Source of the DNA: Pseudonocardiales bacterium
GTDB lineage: Bacteria > Actinomycetota > Actinomycetes > Mycobacteriales > Pseudonocardiaceae
Assembly: GCA_023252195.1 (NCBI GenBank)
Contig: JAHEXI010000008.1
Location: forward strand, 96,980 to 160,979
Direction of reading: 5' to 3'
DNA: 64,000 nt
This document shows positions 47,557-56,595 of the stretch, one piece after another; positions within the stretch are counted from its first letter, which is position 1, and every line of letters starts with the position of its first letter. The notes under the pieces are model-generated. The model did no database searches and had not been told where the DNA came from. It worked only from the letters and a program-made list of their open reading frames with translations. The translations under genes and the position numbers were made by a program.

Positions 47557-50500
47557 TCAGTCGGTGGCGTTTCCGTGGTAGCTCTTGGCGGCGAGGGTGG
47601 GAAGGCGCGTCCAGCCGGCCCTGCGGACCGCGTGGACGTGCAGGTCGACCAGCCCGACGGGGTGGTCGTAGACGACCCGCTCGACCCGGCCCCAGGGCAA
47701 CGTGGGCGGCCCGCTGGGCACCAGCCGGGCGGGCATCCGCACGGCAGTGCCGGAGCGGCTCACCGGCACCTCAGTGCCGCCCCGGTGCAGCTCGAACCCG
47801 AGATCGAGGAAGCCCCGGCCGAAATCCTCGTCGCTAAGCAGCAGCACCTGGGGGGCACGGGCGATGCCATGATCGACGCCGACCTGGTCGAGGCAGGGCA
47901 ACAGCGCCGCGGTGAGCTGGTCGACGTACACCGGCCGGCTGGCGATAAACGTCGTCAGCGGACGCCACGTGGCCAGCCGCGGCTGGCCTACCGCAAGCCA
48001 GCTGTCGGCATCGGTCTCCATCCAGTCGCGGATCACCACCCGCACGCTCGACGGCCGCTGCTTGCCGAGCCGGTCCAGGGCAACGGCTGCTTGGTGCCAC
48101 TGGGTCCTGGGCACGGCCGGGTCCGGCCGCAGCGATGCGCTGCCCGCCACGGCGGGGTTGCGCCCAGCGGCGGTGGCGTACTCCAGGGTCAGCTGCTGGG
48201 CGGCTCGAGCGCCGAGCAGCGGGACCAGCAGGGTGCTGCCACCATCGGGTGGCAGCGCGAACCACGGCGTGACGAGCAAGCCCGCCGGGCTCGTCAGTGA
48301 GCTCGTGTCCGGGTCGCTGCGCAGGTCGGTGTCGACGGCGTCGTGCCAGACCAGCGTGCCCGGATTCGGCGCGGGCACTGGCTCGGGTAACGGCCGGTTC
48401 GCGGCAGCGGCGAACCCACCCTCGGTGATCGCCGATCCGACCGGCACCGGTTGTGCCGGTATGTCGACTAGGACCTGTGCGTAGTCGGCCAGTGAGCACG
48501 GTTGGCCTTGGACCGCCCGAACCGCAGACAGGGCCACCGACCAGCCCGGATACTGCCGCAACGGCGCCCACCAGAAGACCACGATGATCATCACCACCAT
48601 CGCCGTCGAGCCGGTCAGCAACACCGCTCGGTCGGGAGTCAGTGCCGAGTCCCGATCGCGGCGCCGCCGCCACCACATCCATCCGCCTGCGGCCACCGCG
48701 ACCGCCACCCAGACCAGCGGGTTTGCCAGCTGCACGGGGCCCAGCTTCGGGCGCATGCCCACCAGGTCGGGGTGGTCCGCGGACGCGGTGAGGTGGTTGC
48801 CGAAGGGCTGGCCGCGGTCGGAATAGGGCCGCCACAGGTTGGGCCCGGCGAAACTCCAGGACACCGCACCGATCATCAGCGCTGTCCCCACCGTGGCCGC
48901 GAGGACGCTGGCACGATGGCGCCGCAGACCAGCCTGCACCGCGGCCAACAGCGGGGAGCGCAGCAGCGCGGCGGCGAGCAACACCATGGGCGCGGCCGCC
49001 GCCGCCCCGAAGTGGTTGACGAACTTCGTCGGCGTCGGAGCCAGTAGCGCCAAGGCCAACGCCGAGCACCCCGCACTGCTCACCAGCAACCGCCGCACCG
49101 GATCGTCGCGGTCCCCGTTGCCTGACTCTGCGCTTCCCGAACTGCACAGCAGTGCTGTCCGCAGCCGGGTGAACAGCGCTGCTGTGGAGCTCGGGAAGCG
49201 CAGCGCACGTGAGCAGTTCAGAGCGACGACTAGCAGGACGGCGATTGTGAGCACCACAGGGGCTCGGCGGGCCCACTGGCTGGAATCCTCGAAGCTCAGG
49301 ATCGTCTTGTAGTGGACGTTCTCCTGGTACCAGGAGAACGTCTGGTAGTACCACCGGTGCACTGCGGCGGACTCGAGCACGTCGCCGAGCGTCGCGTCGG
49401 CGAATCCCACCAGCACCAGGCTGGTGCTCGCGGCGGCCAGTACCAGGACCGCAGCCACCCGCGCCGCGGCGCGCTGTGCGCGCAGCCACCGCCACAGCCA
49501 CGGCAGGGCCAGCACCAGCGGTGCGATGGCGACCAGCCCGGACGGGGAGACCGACATCGCTAGCGCGGCGGTGGCGGTGGCGGCGGCGAGCGCGCCGACC
49601 GAGCGGCGTCGCCGGGCCAGCTCCGCCAGCAGCAGCGTCGCAGCGGCCAGCAGCACGATCAGCGGTTCGGGACGCAGCGTCATTCCGTAGGGCAGCCACC
49701 ACAGCAGGTAGGCCACCAGCAGCGCCCAGGTAGCCCGGCTGGTGTCCAGCTCGCGACCGAAACCCGCAACGAGCAGCAGGCGCAGCAGCAGCCAGGTGAC
49801 CAGCCCGTAGGCCAGCGGCACCAGCCGCATCCACGCCAGGCCCCACCCGCCGAGCGAACCCCACAGCTGCAGCACGTACTGGCTGGCCACGAAGGGGTTC
49901 TCGGTAACGTTGAACATGTAGATCGCATTGCCGACCGACCCTGAGGCGTTGGCACCGCGGGCCATCTGCATGTACCAGGAGTCGTCGAAGTTCGTCGGAG
50001 CCAGCAGCACCCACATCGCCGAGACGACGACTAGCACGGCGTCAGCGACGTGTAGGCGAAGTCGCGCGGGTGCAGCGGTTATCGGCTGGGCGCCCCACCA
50101 CCGCCAGGCCAACCCGAGCAGCATCAGCAGGGCCGCGGCGCAGGTCACTAGCAGTCCGGTCTTCAGCGCTGTCGGGGTGGATTCATAGCGGGCATCGGTG
50201 TGTAGCGACACCGCCAACCCCGACGCCGCCGGCTGGCCGTCCAGCTCGGTGGTCAGCTCGCTGACCTCCGGTACCTGCACCGACGCAGAGCCGCGTCGCA
50301 GCCCGTCGCGCAGTACCCGCACGCCGCCGGCGTCGGCCAATACCCGGTAGGTACACCCGCCGTCCGGCAGCACCTCGCGCAGCACCGTCCGGCCCGAGGC
50401 GGTCACCTGCACCGTGCCGCCGTGGACCGCGACGACCAGACCCTGGCTGAGCTGGCCCGGCTTGCCGGCGGTGGCGGGCAGGGTGCGCAGCGCGTCGCCG

Positions 50501-50757
50501 CCGCCGCGTTGACGGTCCAGCGCGGACAGCGCGGCGCACGGCACCCGGGCGGTCAGGCTCACCGGTCGGTAGGGCACCAGCGGCAGCACCGTGGAGCGCG
50601 CCGGCTGGCCGGCCGGTGGCCAGCTGACCACCGGGTCCTGGGCGGTCACCGGGGCCAGCAGCACTCCGATCGCCGCGACCAGGGTCAGCGCGGCCAGCCC
50701 GGCGAGCACGCCCGCTCGGGAGGTCACGGAGCGTTGCACGTCGGCGGCCGCAAGCAC
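47557..50757 (-). CDS. Emb-family GT-C arabinosyltransferase, paralog 3, carrying an in-frame repeat-element insertion
   Basis: 1066 aa. Has APTNFDDSWYMQMARGA, PTPTKFVNHF and an intact C-terminal domain. It has about 29 extra residues relative to paralog 2 at the position of repeat A4. Confidence 0.9.
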   Translation of the reverse strand: MLAAADVQRSVTSRAGVLAGLAALTLVAAIGVLLAPVTAQDPVVSWPPAGQPARSTVLPLVPYRPVSLTARVPCAALSALDRQRGGGDALRTLPATAGKPGQLSQGLVVAVHGGTVQVTASGRTVLREVLPDGGCTYRVLADAGGVRVLRDGLRRGSASVQVPEVSELTTELDGQPAASGLAVSLHTDARYESTPTALKTGLLVTCAAALLMLLGLAWRWWGAQPITAAPARLRLHVADAVLVVVSAMWVLLAPTNFDDSWYMQMARGANASGSVGNAIYMFNVTENPFVASQYVLQLWGSLGGWGLAWMRLVPLAYGLVTWLLLRLLLVAGFGRELDTSRATWALLVAYLLWWLPYGMTLRPEPLIVLLAAATLLLAELARRRRSVGALAAATATAALAMSVSPSGLVAIAPLVLALPWLWRWLRAQRAAARVAAVLVLAAASTSLVLVGFADATLGDVLESAAVHRWYYQTFSWYQENVHYKTILSFEDSSQWARRAPVVLTIAVLLVVALNCSRALRFPSSTAALFTRLRTALLCSSGSAESGNGDRDDPVRRLLVSSAGCSALALALLAPTPTKFVNHFGAAAAAPMVLLAAALLRSPLLAAVQAGLRRHRASVLAATVGTALMIGAVSWSFAGPNLWRPYSDRGQPFGNHLTASADHPDLVGMRPKLGPVQLANPLVWVAVAVAAGGWMWWRRRRDRDSALTPDRAVLLTGSTAMVVMIIVVFWWAPLRQYPGWSVALSAVRAVQGQPCSLADYAQVLVDIPAQPVPVGSAITEGGFAAAANRPLPEPVPAPNPGTLVWHDAVDTDLRSDPDTSSLTSPAGLLVTPWFALPPDGGSTLLVPLLGARAAQQLTLEYATAAGRNPAVAGSASLRPDPAVPRTQWHQAAVALDRLGKQRPSSVRVVIRDWMETDADSWLAVGQPRLATWRPLTTFIASRPVYVDQLTAALLPCLDQVGVDHGIARAPQVLLLSDEDFGRGFLDLGFELHRGGTEVPVSRSGTAVRMPARLVPSGPPTLPWGRVERVVYDHPVGLVDLHVHAVRRAGWTRLPTLAAKSYHGNATD
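49128..49203. repeat. Family-A palindromic element, copy A4, located inside the Emb paralog 3 coding sequence
   Basis: CTGCGCTTCCCGAACTGCACAGCAGTGCTG-16 nt-CAGCGCTGCTGTGGAGCTCGGGAAGCGCAG is translated in-frame as LRFPSSTAALFTRLRTALLCSSGSA. Confidence 0.85.
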
Positions 50758-50780
50758 CGCGCGAGGGTAACCGGCCGCCC

Positions 50781-51248
50781 ATGTCGGTACCCTGCTCGGA
50801 CCGGATCACATCCGGCGAGAAGCCTGAAGGGAGACCCCGGTTGGCCGCACCGCAGCTGCAGGCGAGGTCGCGCCTGTCGACCCAGCTGACCCGTTTCGTC
50901 CTGGTCGGCGGGGTCGCCGCCGTGGTGGACTACAGCATCTACCAGGCGTTGCTGGCCACCGGCCTGTGGGTGCACCTGGCCAAGGCGCTGAGTTTCATCG
51001 CCGGCACGACCACCGCGTACCTGATCAACCGCAGGTGGACGTTCCAGGGCACGGGTGGGCGCGGGGAGTTCGCCTCGGTGATGGCGTTGTACGGCATCAC
51101 CTTTGTCGTTCAAGTGGGCATGAACGCGGTGATGCTGGCGCTGCTGCCGCCGATCCGCGGCGAGATCACTTGCGCATTCATCGTGGCTCAGGGCATCGCC
51201 ACGAGTATTAACTTCATCGTGCAGCGCACCGTGATCTTCCGTGATTGA
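50781..51248 (+). CDS. GtrA-family membrane protein (Rv3789-like)
   Basis: RFVLVGGVAAVVDYSIYQAL...RRWTF...INFIVQRTVIF is the GtrA pattern with four TM helices. 155 aa. Confidence 0.8.
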   Translation: MSVPCSDRITSGEKPEGRPRLAAPQLQARSRLSTQLTRFVLVGGVAAVVDYSIYQALLATGLWVHLAKALSFIAGTTTAYLINRRWTFQGTGGRGEFASVMALYGITFVVQVGMNAVMLALLPPIRGEITCAFIVAQGIATSINFIVQRTVIFRD

Positions 51249-51390
51249 TCAATGAGAAACGCCCAGATGGGTGGGAACGGCGACGCGCCGCACCATAACG
51301 TACGCGCCACGCCGGGGTATCACTCGCATGGAGCATACCAATAGTGGCACAATGAGACATGCGGGTTCGGGACCCCCAGCCGGATCCGCC

Positions 51391-51430
51391 GCCCCTCGCG
51401 GAACACCTCCCCCTCGTTTCCGCGAGGGGC
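51391..51430. terminator. Hairpin between convergent GtrA and Emb paralog 4
   Basis: GCCCCTCGCGGAA-14 nt-TTCCGCGAGGGGC is a 13-bp perfect stem. Confidence 0.5.
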
Positions 51431-51475
51431 CCCACATGGGCCCGGGATTCCTTGAGTGAGTCACCTCCCGGTCGA

Positions 51476-54400
51476 TCAACGGCCCAGCTGAGAGATCTCG
51501 GCGGTTTGACCCCCACTGCGTAGCGGTCCTGGAGACCACCAGCCGCTTCGCACGGCGGTGCCGGTCTGCAGCACAGGTGCCTCAGCGTCGGGTACTCGCG
51601 GCTGGATCACCATGAGCTTGCCCCAGTCGGTGTCCCAGTTCTCTTTGAGGTAGGTCGGCACCTCCTGCTGGGTGGCCAGGATCTGCAGCCAGCCGATCGG
51701 GCCACCCGCATCTGCCGCTGACCAGCTCTTGCTGTCGTTGGCCAGCATCTTGTCGGGGAGCAGCCGATATTGGGGTATCTCGGCGATGCCATTGCGGATC
51801 GCGAACGGGCGCACACAGGGGTGCACGAAGCCCACCGGCCAGTCCAAGAACACCGGTGGCGTCGGGGCCACCAGGTCGGTCAGCGAGCTCAGCACCGGTA
51901 CCCGGGGCGCGGAGAACGCGAGCCACCCGTCATCGGTGACGTCGGCGTCGGTGGCGACCAACCGCACGGCGTCCGCCCCGGCAGAGGCCCGACCGGCCAA
52001 TCCGAGGCGGTAGTCCCGCCATCCCGGCCCATCGGCAGTGGCGCGCCCGCCGATCTCCATGTGGTCGACGACGCGGAAGCCGCGGTCGGTGCGGCGGGCG
52101 AACTCGGCGACCAGCGGTGTGGTGGCTGACAGTCGACCCGCGACGGAGACCACCACCGGCGCGGTGCCTTGGCGGGCCGCGGCGGGCAGGGCGTACCAGG
52201 TGGAGCGCAGGATGCCGGTGCCGGGAGTGTCGGGGGAGAAGCTGCTCCAGATCGGGATCTCGGGACCACCGAGCCCGATCGGCGGTTTGTCAACGGGGTT
52301 GCTCCCGTCGTCGCCCGGCTTGGGTATGCGGTCGCCCCTGGCACCCTGATTGTCCGCCCGGTCGTTGGTCCCGGAGCCGGTGAGCTGGGAGGGCGGACTG
52401 GTTGGCAGTGCCTGCTCTAGCGGGGACCGGTTGGTTTCGAAGCCGCGTTGCAGCGGGATGTCGGCGAGCAGCGTTGTGCGCAACGGGCGCAGCGCACCGG
52501 CACGCCGGTCAGCCTCGACCAACACCGCATCGGTGAGGTTGCAACTGTGCCCGGTTATCTCAGCGAAGTTGGCTGCGCCCATGCTGTAGCCGTGGCGCTG
52601 CTTGACTATCGCCTTGGCCATGGCGCCGACCTCGGCGAGCACCAGCAGGCCGCAGAACACCGCCAGCGGGGCTGACCCGATCAGCAGGGCGCGGCGCCGC
52701 CCATTGCGCCGTTGCGGCTGTGGTGGCCCAGGTGGCGGCACAGCGCCCGGCTCGTGCCGCAATCCCTCGATCACCGCGATCAGGCCAGCCAGCACGGCGC
52801 CCACGATCAGCAGCGTGCTGGCTTGGATGCCATGCACCGAGGGGGGCTTGTCGTACCAGGGCACCCCGTACTGCGATACGTACCACGGTGCGTTGGGTCC
52901 GGTCGCCGACATCGCCAGGATCACCAGCAGGCCCGACAGGAACCACCACCGGTTGCGCGCTGAGCGCAGCACGCTGGAGCTGGCGGTCAGCGCGGTCAGC
53001 GCGGCCAGCGCGGCACCGATCGAGGCGAACGCCCCGAAGTGGTGCGTCCACTTCGTCGGGGTCAACGCCAGCAGCACCAGCGACGCTCCCGCGGTGCCGA
53101 TCAGCCGGCGGCTCGGGCCCAGGCCGGCGCCCGGGATGCGGCCCCGGCGCAACAGCACCACCCCGGTAGTGCCCAGGCACAGCAGCAACAGCAGGACCGG
53201 GAAGCGACGGGCCAAGGCACCGTCGGGCAGGTTGCTGAACAGCTCCTCGTAGCGCATCGGCTCCTGGAACCAGGACAGGTTGGGACCGATCTCGGTGCGG
53301 ATCCGGGAGGCTTCCAGCACCCCGGCCAGCGTCTGGTCGGCGAAGCACACCACGAGCACCAGCAGCCCGGCACCGAGGATCGGCCCAAGCACCGCGGCGC
53401 GGCCGGAAACCGTGATGTGTTGGCGCACCAGCCGCACCAGCGGCCGCAGCGACACCAGGAACGGTGCGATCGCGATGAAACCGGTCGGTGTCGCGGCGAC
53501 GGTGAACGCTGCCGCCAGTAGCGCCAACGCCAGCGGCAGCACCCGGCGGGTGGCTACCGCGCGCTCCACTCCGCACAGCGCGAGCAGCGAACCGATGGCC
53601 ACCACCGGCTCCAGGCGCAGCCCGTTGTTGTAGGGCAGCCAGAAGGCCAGGAACACCGCGGCGGCGGCCCATCCGGCGGCGGCGCTGCGGCGGACCTCCC
53701 GACCCAGTCGCGGCATCACCTCACGGCTGATCAGCATCCAGCTCACCCCGCCCATCGCGAAGGAGGGCAGCCGCAGCCACGGTGGCACCGTGCTGATCTG
53801 AGACCACAGCGCATACAGCTCGTAGGGCCAACTGAACGGTGCCTCGGGGGCGTTGAACCATCGGTAGTAGTTGCCGATGTAGCCCATCTCCGCACGAGTG
53901 CGGATCATCGTCAGGATGTAGCCGTCGTCGGAGGTGATCCCGCCGATGACCACCCAGACGGCGAGCACCGCGAGTACCGCGGCGTCCCGTCCGGTGGGTC
54001 GCCACCAGCCCGAGGGAAGTACTCGGGGAGCCCGGCGCCCGATCCGCCGGTCCAGTCGATGCATCAGGATCAGACTGACCAGCACGGCCAGTACGGCGGC
54101 CGCGATGGCAGCGAGCTTGATCGGGTGCGGGACGGATTGGAACCGGGTGTCCGCGGTGATCCGCACTGCCAGCCCACGGACCGGGTCGCGTTGGTCGATC
54201 AGGGCCGAGTAGATACCGGTCACCTGCGGCCGGACGTCCTGGTCGACCTTGACGAACCGCAGGGCGCCAGCCGACGCCGTGGTGCCCCGGGCGTCCGAGG
54301 AGACCTGGATCATGCACTGCCGCGGAGACGGCGGGATGGTGCTCAACAGGACGTTGCCCAGCGCCTGGCCCCGGCTGATCAGGGTCAACTTCCCGGCGTC

Positions 54401-54799
54401 GACCTGCAGCACCATCCCGACCGCGGCACCGTCGGTCGACCCGGGCGGGGTGGTGGCCAGCAGCGAGGCAGGCTGCGGCGACCGCGCATCCAACGAGACT
54501 GCCGCAGCGCACGGGATCGTGGCGGTCATGTTCTGCGGCTGGTAGGTGACCAGCGGCGCGTTGACCGGCGCGAGGTCTCCCGAGCGTGGCCAGGTGATCA
54601 CGGTGGTGTCCTGGATCACCGGCAGCAGCGGCACCGCAATGGCGAGCAGAGCTCCGAGCAGGCCGAAGAATGCCGCGGCGAACCCGAGTAGCCGGGAGCC
54701 GCGGTTGCGCTTGTTGCCAGTGTCGGCGGTCGGATCGGTAGCGTCGCCGCCAGTACTCGAGCGGCGGCGCGAGATCTCGATGTGCCCAGAGGTCAGCAC
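51476..54799 (-). CDS. Emb-family GT-C arabinosyltransferase, paralog 4 (longest; EmbC-like length)
   Basis: 1107 aa. Has GGITSDDGYILTMIRTRA, LTPTKWTHHF and a C-terminal CBM-like domain. Confidence 0.9.
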   Translation of the reverse strand: MLTSGHIEISRRRSSTGGDATDPTADTGNKRNRGSRLLGFAAAFFGLLGALLAIAVPLLPVIQDTTVITWPRSGDLAPVNAPLVTYQPQNMTATIPCAAAVSLDARSPQPASLLATTPPGSTDGAAVGMVLQVDAGKLTLISRGQALGNVLLSTIPPSPRQCMIQVSSDARGTTASAGALRFVKVDQDVRPQVTGIYSALIDQRDPVRGLAVRITADTRFQSVPHPIKLAAIAAAVLAVLVSLILMHRLDRRIGRRAPRVLPSGWWRPTGRDAAVLAVLAVWVVIGGITSDDGYILTMIRTRAEMGYIGNYYRWFNAPEAPFSWPYELYALWSQISTVPPWLRLPSFAMGGVSWMLISREVMPRLGREVRRSAAAGWAAAAVFLAFWLPYNNGLRLEPVVAIGSLLALCGVERAVATRRVLPLALALLAAAFTVAATPTGFIAIAPFLVSLRPLVRLVRQHITVSGRAAVLGPILGAGLLVLVVCFADQTLAGVLEASRIRTEIGPNLSWFQEPMRYEELFSNLPDGALARRFPVLLLLLCLGTTGVVLLRRGRIPGAGLGPSRRLIGTAGASLVLLALTPTKWTHHFGAFASIGAALAALTALTASSSVLRSARNRWWFLSGLLVILAMSATGPNAPWYVSQYGVPWYDKPPSVHGIQASTLLIVGAVLAGLIAVIEGLRHEPGAVPPPGPPQPQRRNGRRRALLIGSAPLAVFCGLLVLAEVGAMAKAIVKQRHGYSMGAANFAEITGHSCNLTDAVLVEADRRAGALRPLRTTLLADIPLQRGFETNRSPLEQALPTSPPSQLTGSGTNDRADNQGARGDRIPKPGDDGSNPVDKPPIGLGGPEIPIWSSFSPDTPGTGILRSTWYALPAAARQGTAPVVVSVAGRLSATTPLVAEFARRTDRGFRVVDHMEIGGRATADGPGWRDYRLGLAGRASAGADAVRLVATDADVTDDGWLAFSAPRVPVLSSLTDLVAPTPPVFLDWPVGFVHPCVRPFAIRNGIAEIPQYRLLPDKMLANDSKSWSAADAGGPIGWLQILATQQEVPTYLKENWDTDWGKLMVIQPRVPDAEAPVLQTGTAVRSGWWSPGPLRSGGQTAEISQLGR

Positions 54800-54890
54800 G
54801 CCAGGAGGCTAGCCCAACGGGACTAACCCCATACCCCCCGTCCCACTACATTGACCAGAACGTTACGACCCGCGCACTGTGGGCGCACCA

Positions 54891-55772
54891 TCAGTGCCGG
54901 TAGAAGCGCTCCGCGCGCCCTTGCCGAAGCAGCTTGAGCCACTGCCGGAAGGCCCGCGGGTCCCGCTTGGTGCCCAGGAAGTACAACCCGAATCGGAACA
55001 CTTCGAGCATTCCGATCCGTCGCATGCCGGGCTGCGACAGTAGGTAGCCGCGGTTGCGGTAGGTGTAGTAGCGCTTGATCTCGTCGGTGGGGTCCTGGGC
55101 GTGGAAGTGCCCACGCAGCATCGGCTTGAACTCCGCTGAGCCGTCCGGGTGCGCGTAGGAGGCCCGCAACGTCGTGCCGAAGCGCAGCCCGGAGCGGACC
55201 ACCCGGCGGTGCAGTTCCACCTCGTCGCCCCGGACGAACAGCCGGTAGTCCGGCACCCCGACGACGTCCAGCGCGTCAGCGCTGAACAGCGCGCCGTTGA
55301 AGAAGCTCGCGATGCCGGGCAGGAAGTCGGTCCCCAGTTCGCTGCGGCGGCGCTTCCAGGTCAGCCCCCGGCGCAGCGGGAACGCCAGCCGTTCCGGGTC
55401 ATCGATGTTGACCACCACCGGGGAGATCACCGCGAGGTCCCGGCGCTTGGCCTCCTCGAGCAAGGTCTGCAGGACCCGGACGTCGGCGGGGCAGCCGTCG
55501 TCGTCTGCCAGCCACACCCAGTCCGCGCCCAGGGCCAGGGCGTGCAGGATCCCCAGCGCGAACCCGCCCGCGCCACCCAGATTGCGCAGCGAGGGCAGGT
55601 ACGTCGACGGGATCGGGCAGTCCGCGACGACGTCGTGGGCCGGGTCGTCCGGGCCGTTGTCCACCACCACCAGCTGGTCCGGTGCCCGGGTCTGCGCCGC
55701 GATCACCGCCAACGACTTCCCTAGCAACTCCCGCCGGTGCCGCGTCACCACAACGGTGACCACCATGGTCAT
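54891..55772 (-). CDS. glfT1: Galactofuranosyltransferase GlfT1 (GT2, Rv3782-like)
   Basis: ATG 55772 overlaps the rfbE stop (ATGA). Has VVVTRHRRELL..., VVVDNGPDD and WLADDDG. rfbD-rfbE-glfT1 synteny. 293 aa; the ORF is open to 55913. Confidence 0.85.
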   Translation of the reverse strand: MTMVVTVVVTRHRRELLGKSLAVIAAQTRAPDQLVVVDNGPDDPAHDVVADCPIPSTYLPSLRNLGGAGGFALGILHALALGADWVWLADDDGCPADVRVLQTLLEEAKRRDLAVISPVVVNIDDPERLAFPLRRGLTWKRRRSELGTDFLPGIASFFNGALFSADALDVVGVPDYRLFVRGDEVELHRRVVRSGLRFGTTLRASYAHPDGSAEFKPMLRGHFHAQDPTDEIKRYYTYRNRGYLLSQPGMRRIGMLEVFRFGLYFLGTKRDPRAFRQWLKLLRQGRAERFYRH

Positions 55773-56572
55773 CTGGTTGCTTCCGCGACGCGGGTGAGGG
55801 CTTCTGGGCTGAGGTTCTCGTAGGGGTCTTTGCCTTTGTAATGGGACAGCACTGCGCGCAGGTCGCCCTGTTCCCGGATCTGTCCGTGGTCGAGCCACAA
55901 CCCGGAGCTGCACAGCTCGATGAGGAACTCGTCGGAGTGTGAGGCGAACACCAGAATTCCGGATCGCTCAACCAGCGCGGTGAGCCGCTCGCGGGCCTTC
56001 TCCAAGAACGCCGCGTCCACCGCGCCGATACCCTCGTCGAGCAGCAGGATCTCCGGGTCGATGCTGGTCACAACCCCTAGCGCGAGCCGGACCCGCATGC
56101 CGGTCGAGTAGGTGCGCAGCGGCATCGACAGGTAGTCGCCCAGTTCGCTGAACTCGGCGATCTCCTCGGTGCGGGCCTCCATTTGCTTGCGGGTCATCCC
56201 CAGGAACAGCCCGCGGATGATGATGTTCTCGTAGCCGGAGATCTCCGGGTCCATGCCGACGCCCAGGTCGAACACCGGGGCGACCTTCCCGACGATCCGG
56301 GAGACGCCCATGGTCGGCTCGTAGATCCCGGACAGCAGCCGCAGCAGGGTCGACTTGCCCGCCCCATTGTGCCCGATCAGACCGACCCGGTCGCCGTGGC
56401 GCAGCGACAGGGTGATGTCCCGCAGCGCCTCGATGACCGGCACCTTGGCGTCCATCCCGATCTTGCCGCCGGCCCGTCCTACGGTGCCCAGCAAGGCCTT
56501 CTTCAACGACCGGGTCTTCGCATCGAAGATCGGGAAGTTGACGCAGGCACCGCGCACGTCGATGGAGACCAT
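55769..56572 (-). CDS. rfbE: ABC transporter ATP-binding protein (Wzt/RfbE-type polysaccharide export)
   Basis: Walker A GHNGAGKST, signature YSTGMRVRL and Walker B ILLLDE. 267 aa. Confidence 0.9.
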   Translation of the reverse strand: MVSIDVRGACVNFPIFDAKTRSLKKALLGTVGRAGGKIGMDAKVPVIEALRDITLSLRHGDRVGLIGHNGAGKSTLLRLLSGIYEPTMGVSRIVGKVAPVFDLGVGMDPEISGYENIIIRGLFLGMTRKQMEARTEEIAEFSELGDYLSMPLRTYSTGMRVRLALGVVTSIDPEILLLDEGIGAVDAAFLEKARERLTALVERSGILVFASHSDEFLIELCSSGLWLDHGQIREQGDLRAVLSHYKGKDPYENLSPEALTRVAEATR

Positions 56573-56595
56573 GATCTTTTAACACCCAGTCCTGA

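Noticed and set aside
47834-50014. 726-aa ORF on the minus strand overlapping Emb paralog 3 in another frame. Similar long shadow ORFs lie at 34650-36137, 36365-37978, 41577-42875, 59813-61498, 5348-6394 and 26637-27854.
   Set aside because: They have the Arg/Pro/Gly/Ala-rich composition typical of off-frame or antisense reading of 70% GC coding DNA. Each fully overlaps a gene with clear family motifs and better GC3.
51271-51459. 62-aa plus-strand ORF between gtrA and Emb paralog 4.
   Set aside because: It has no SD and a Pro/Arg/Gly-rich composition, and it spans a terminator-like hairpin. It is most probably non-coding.
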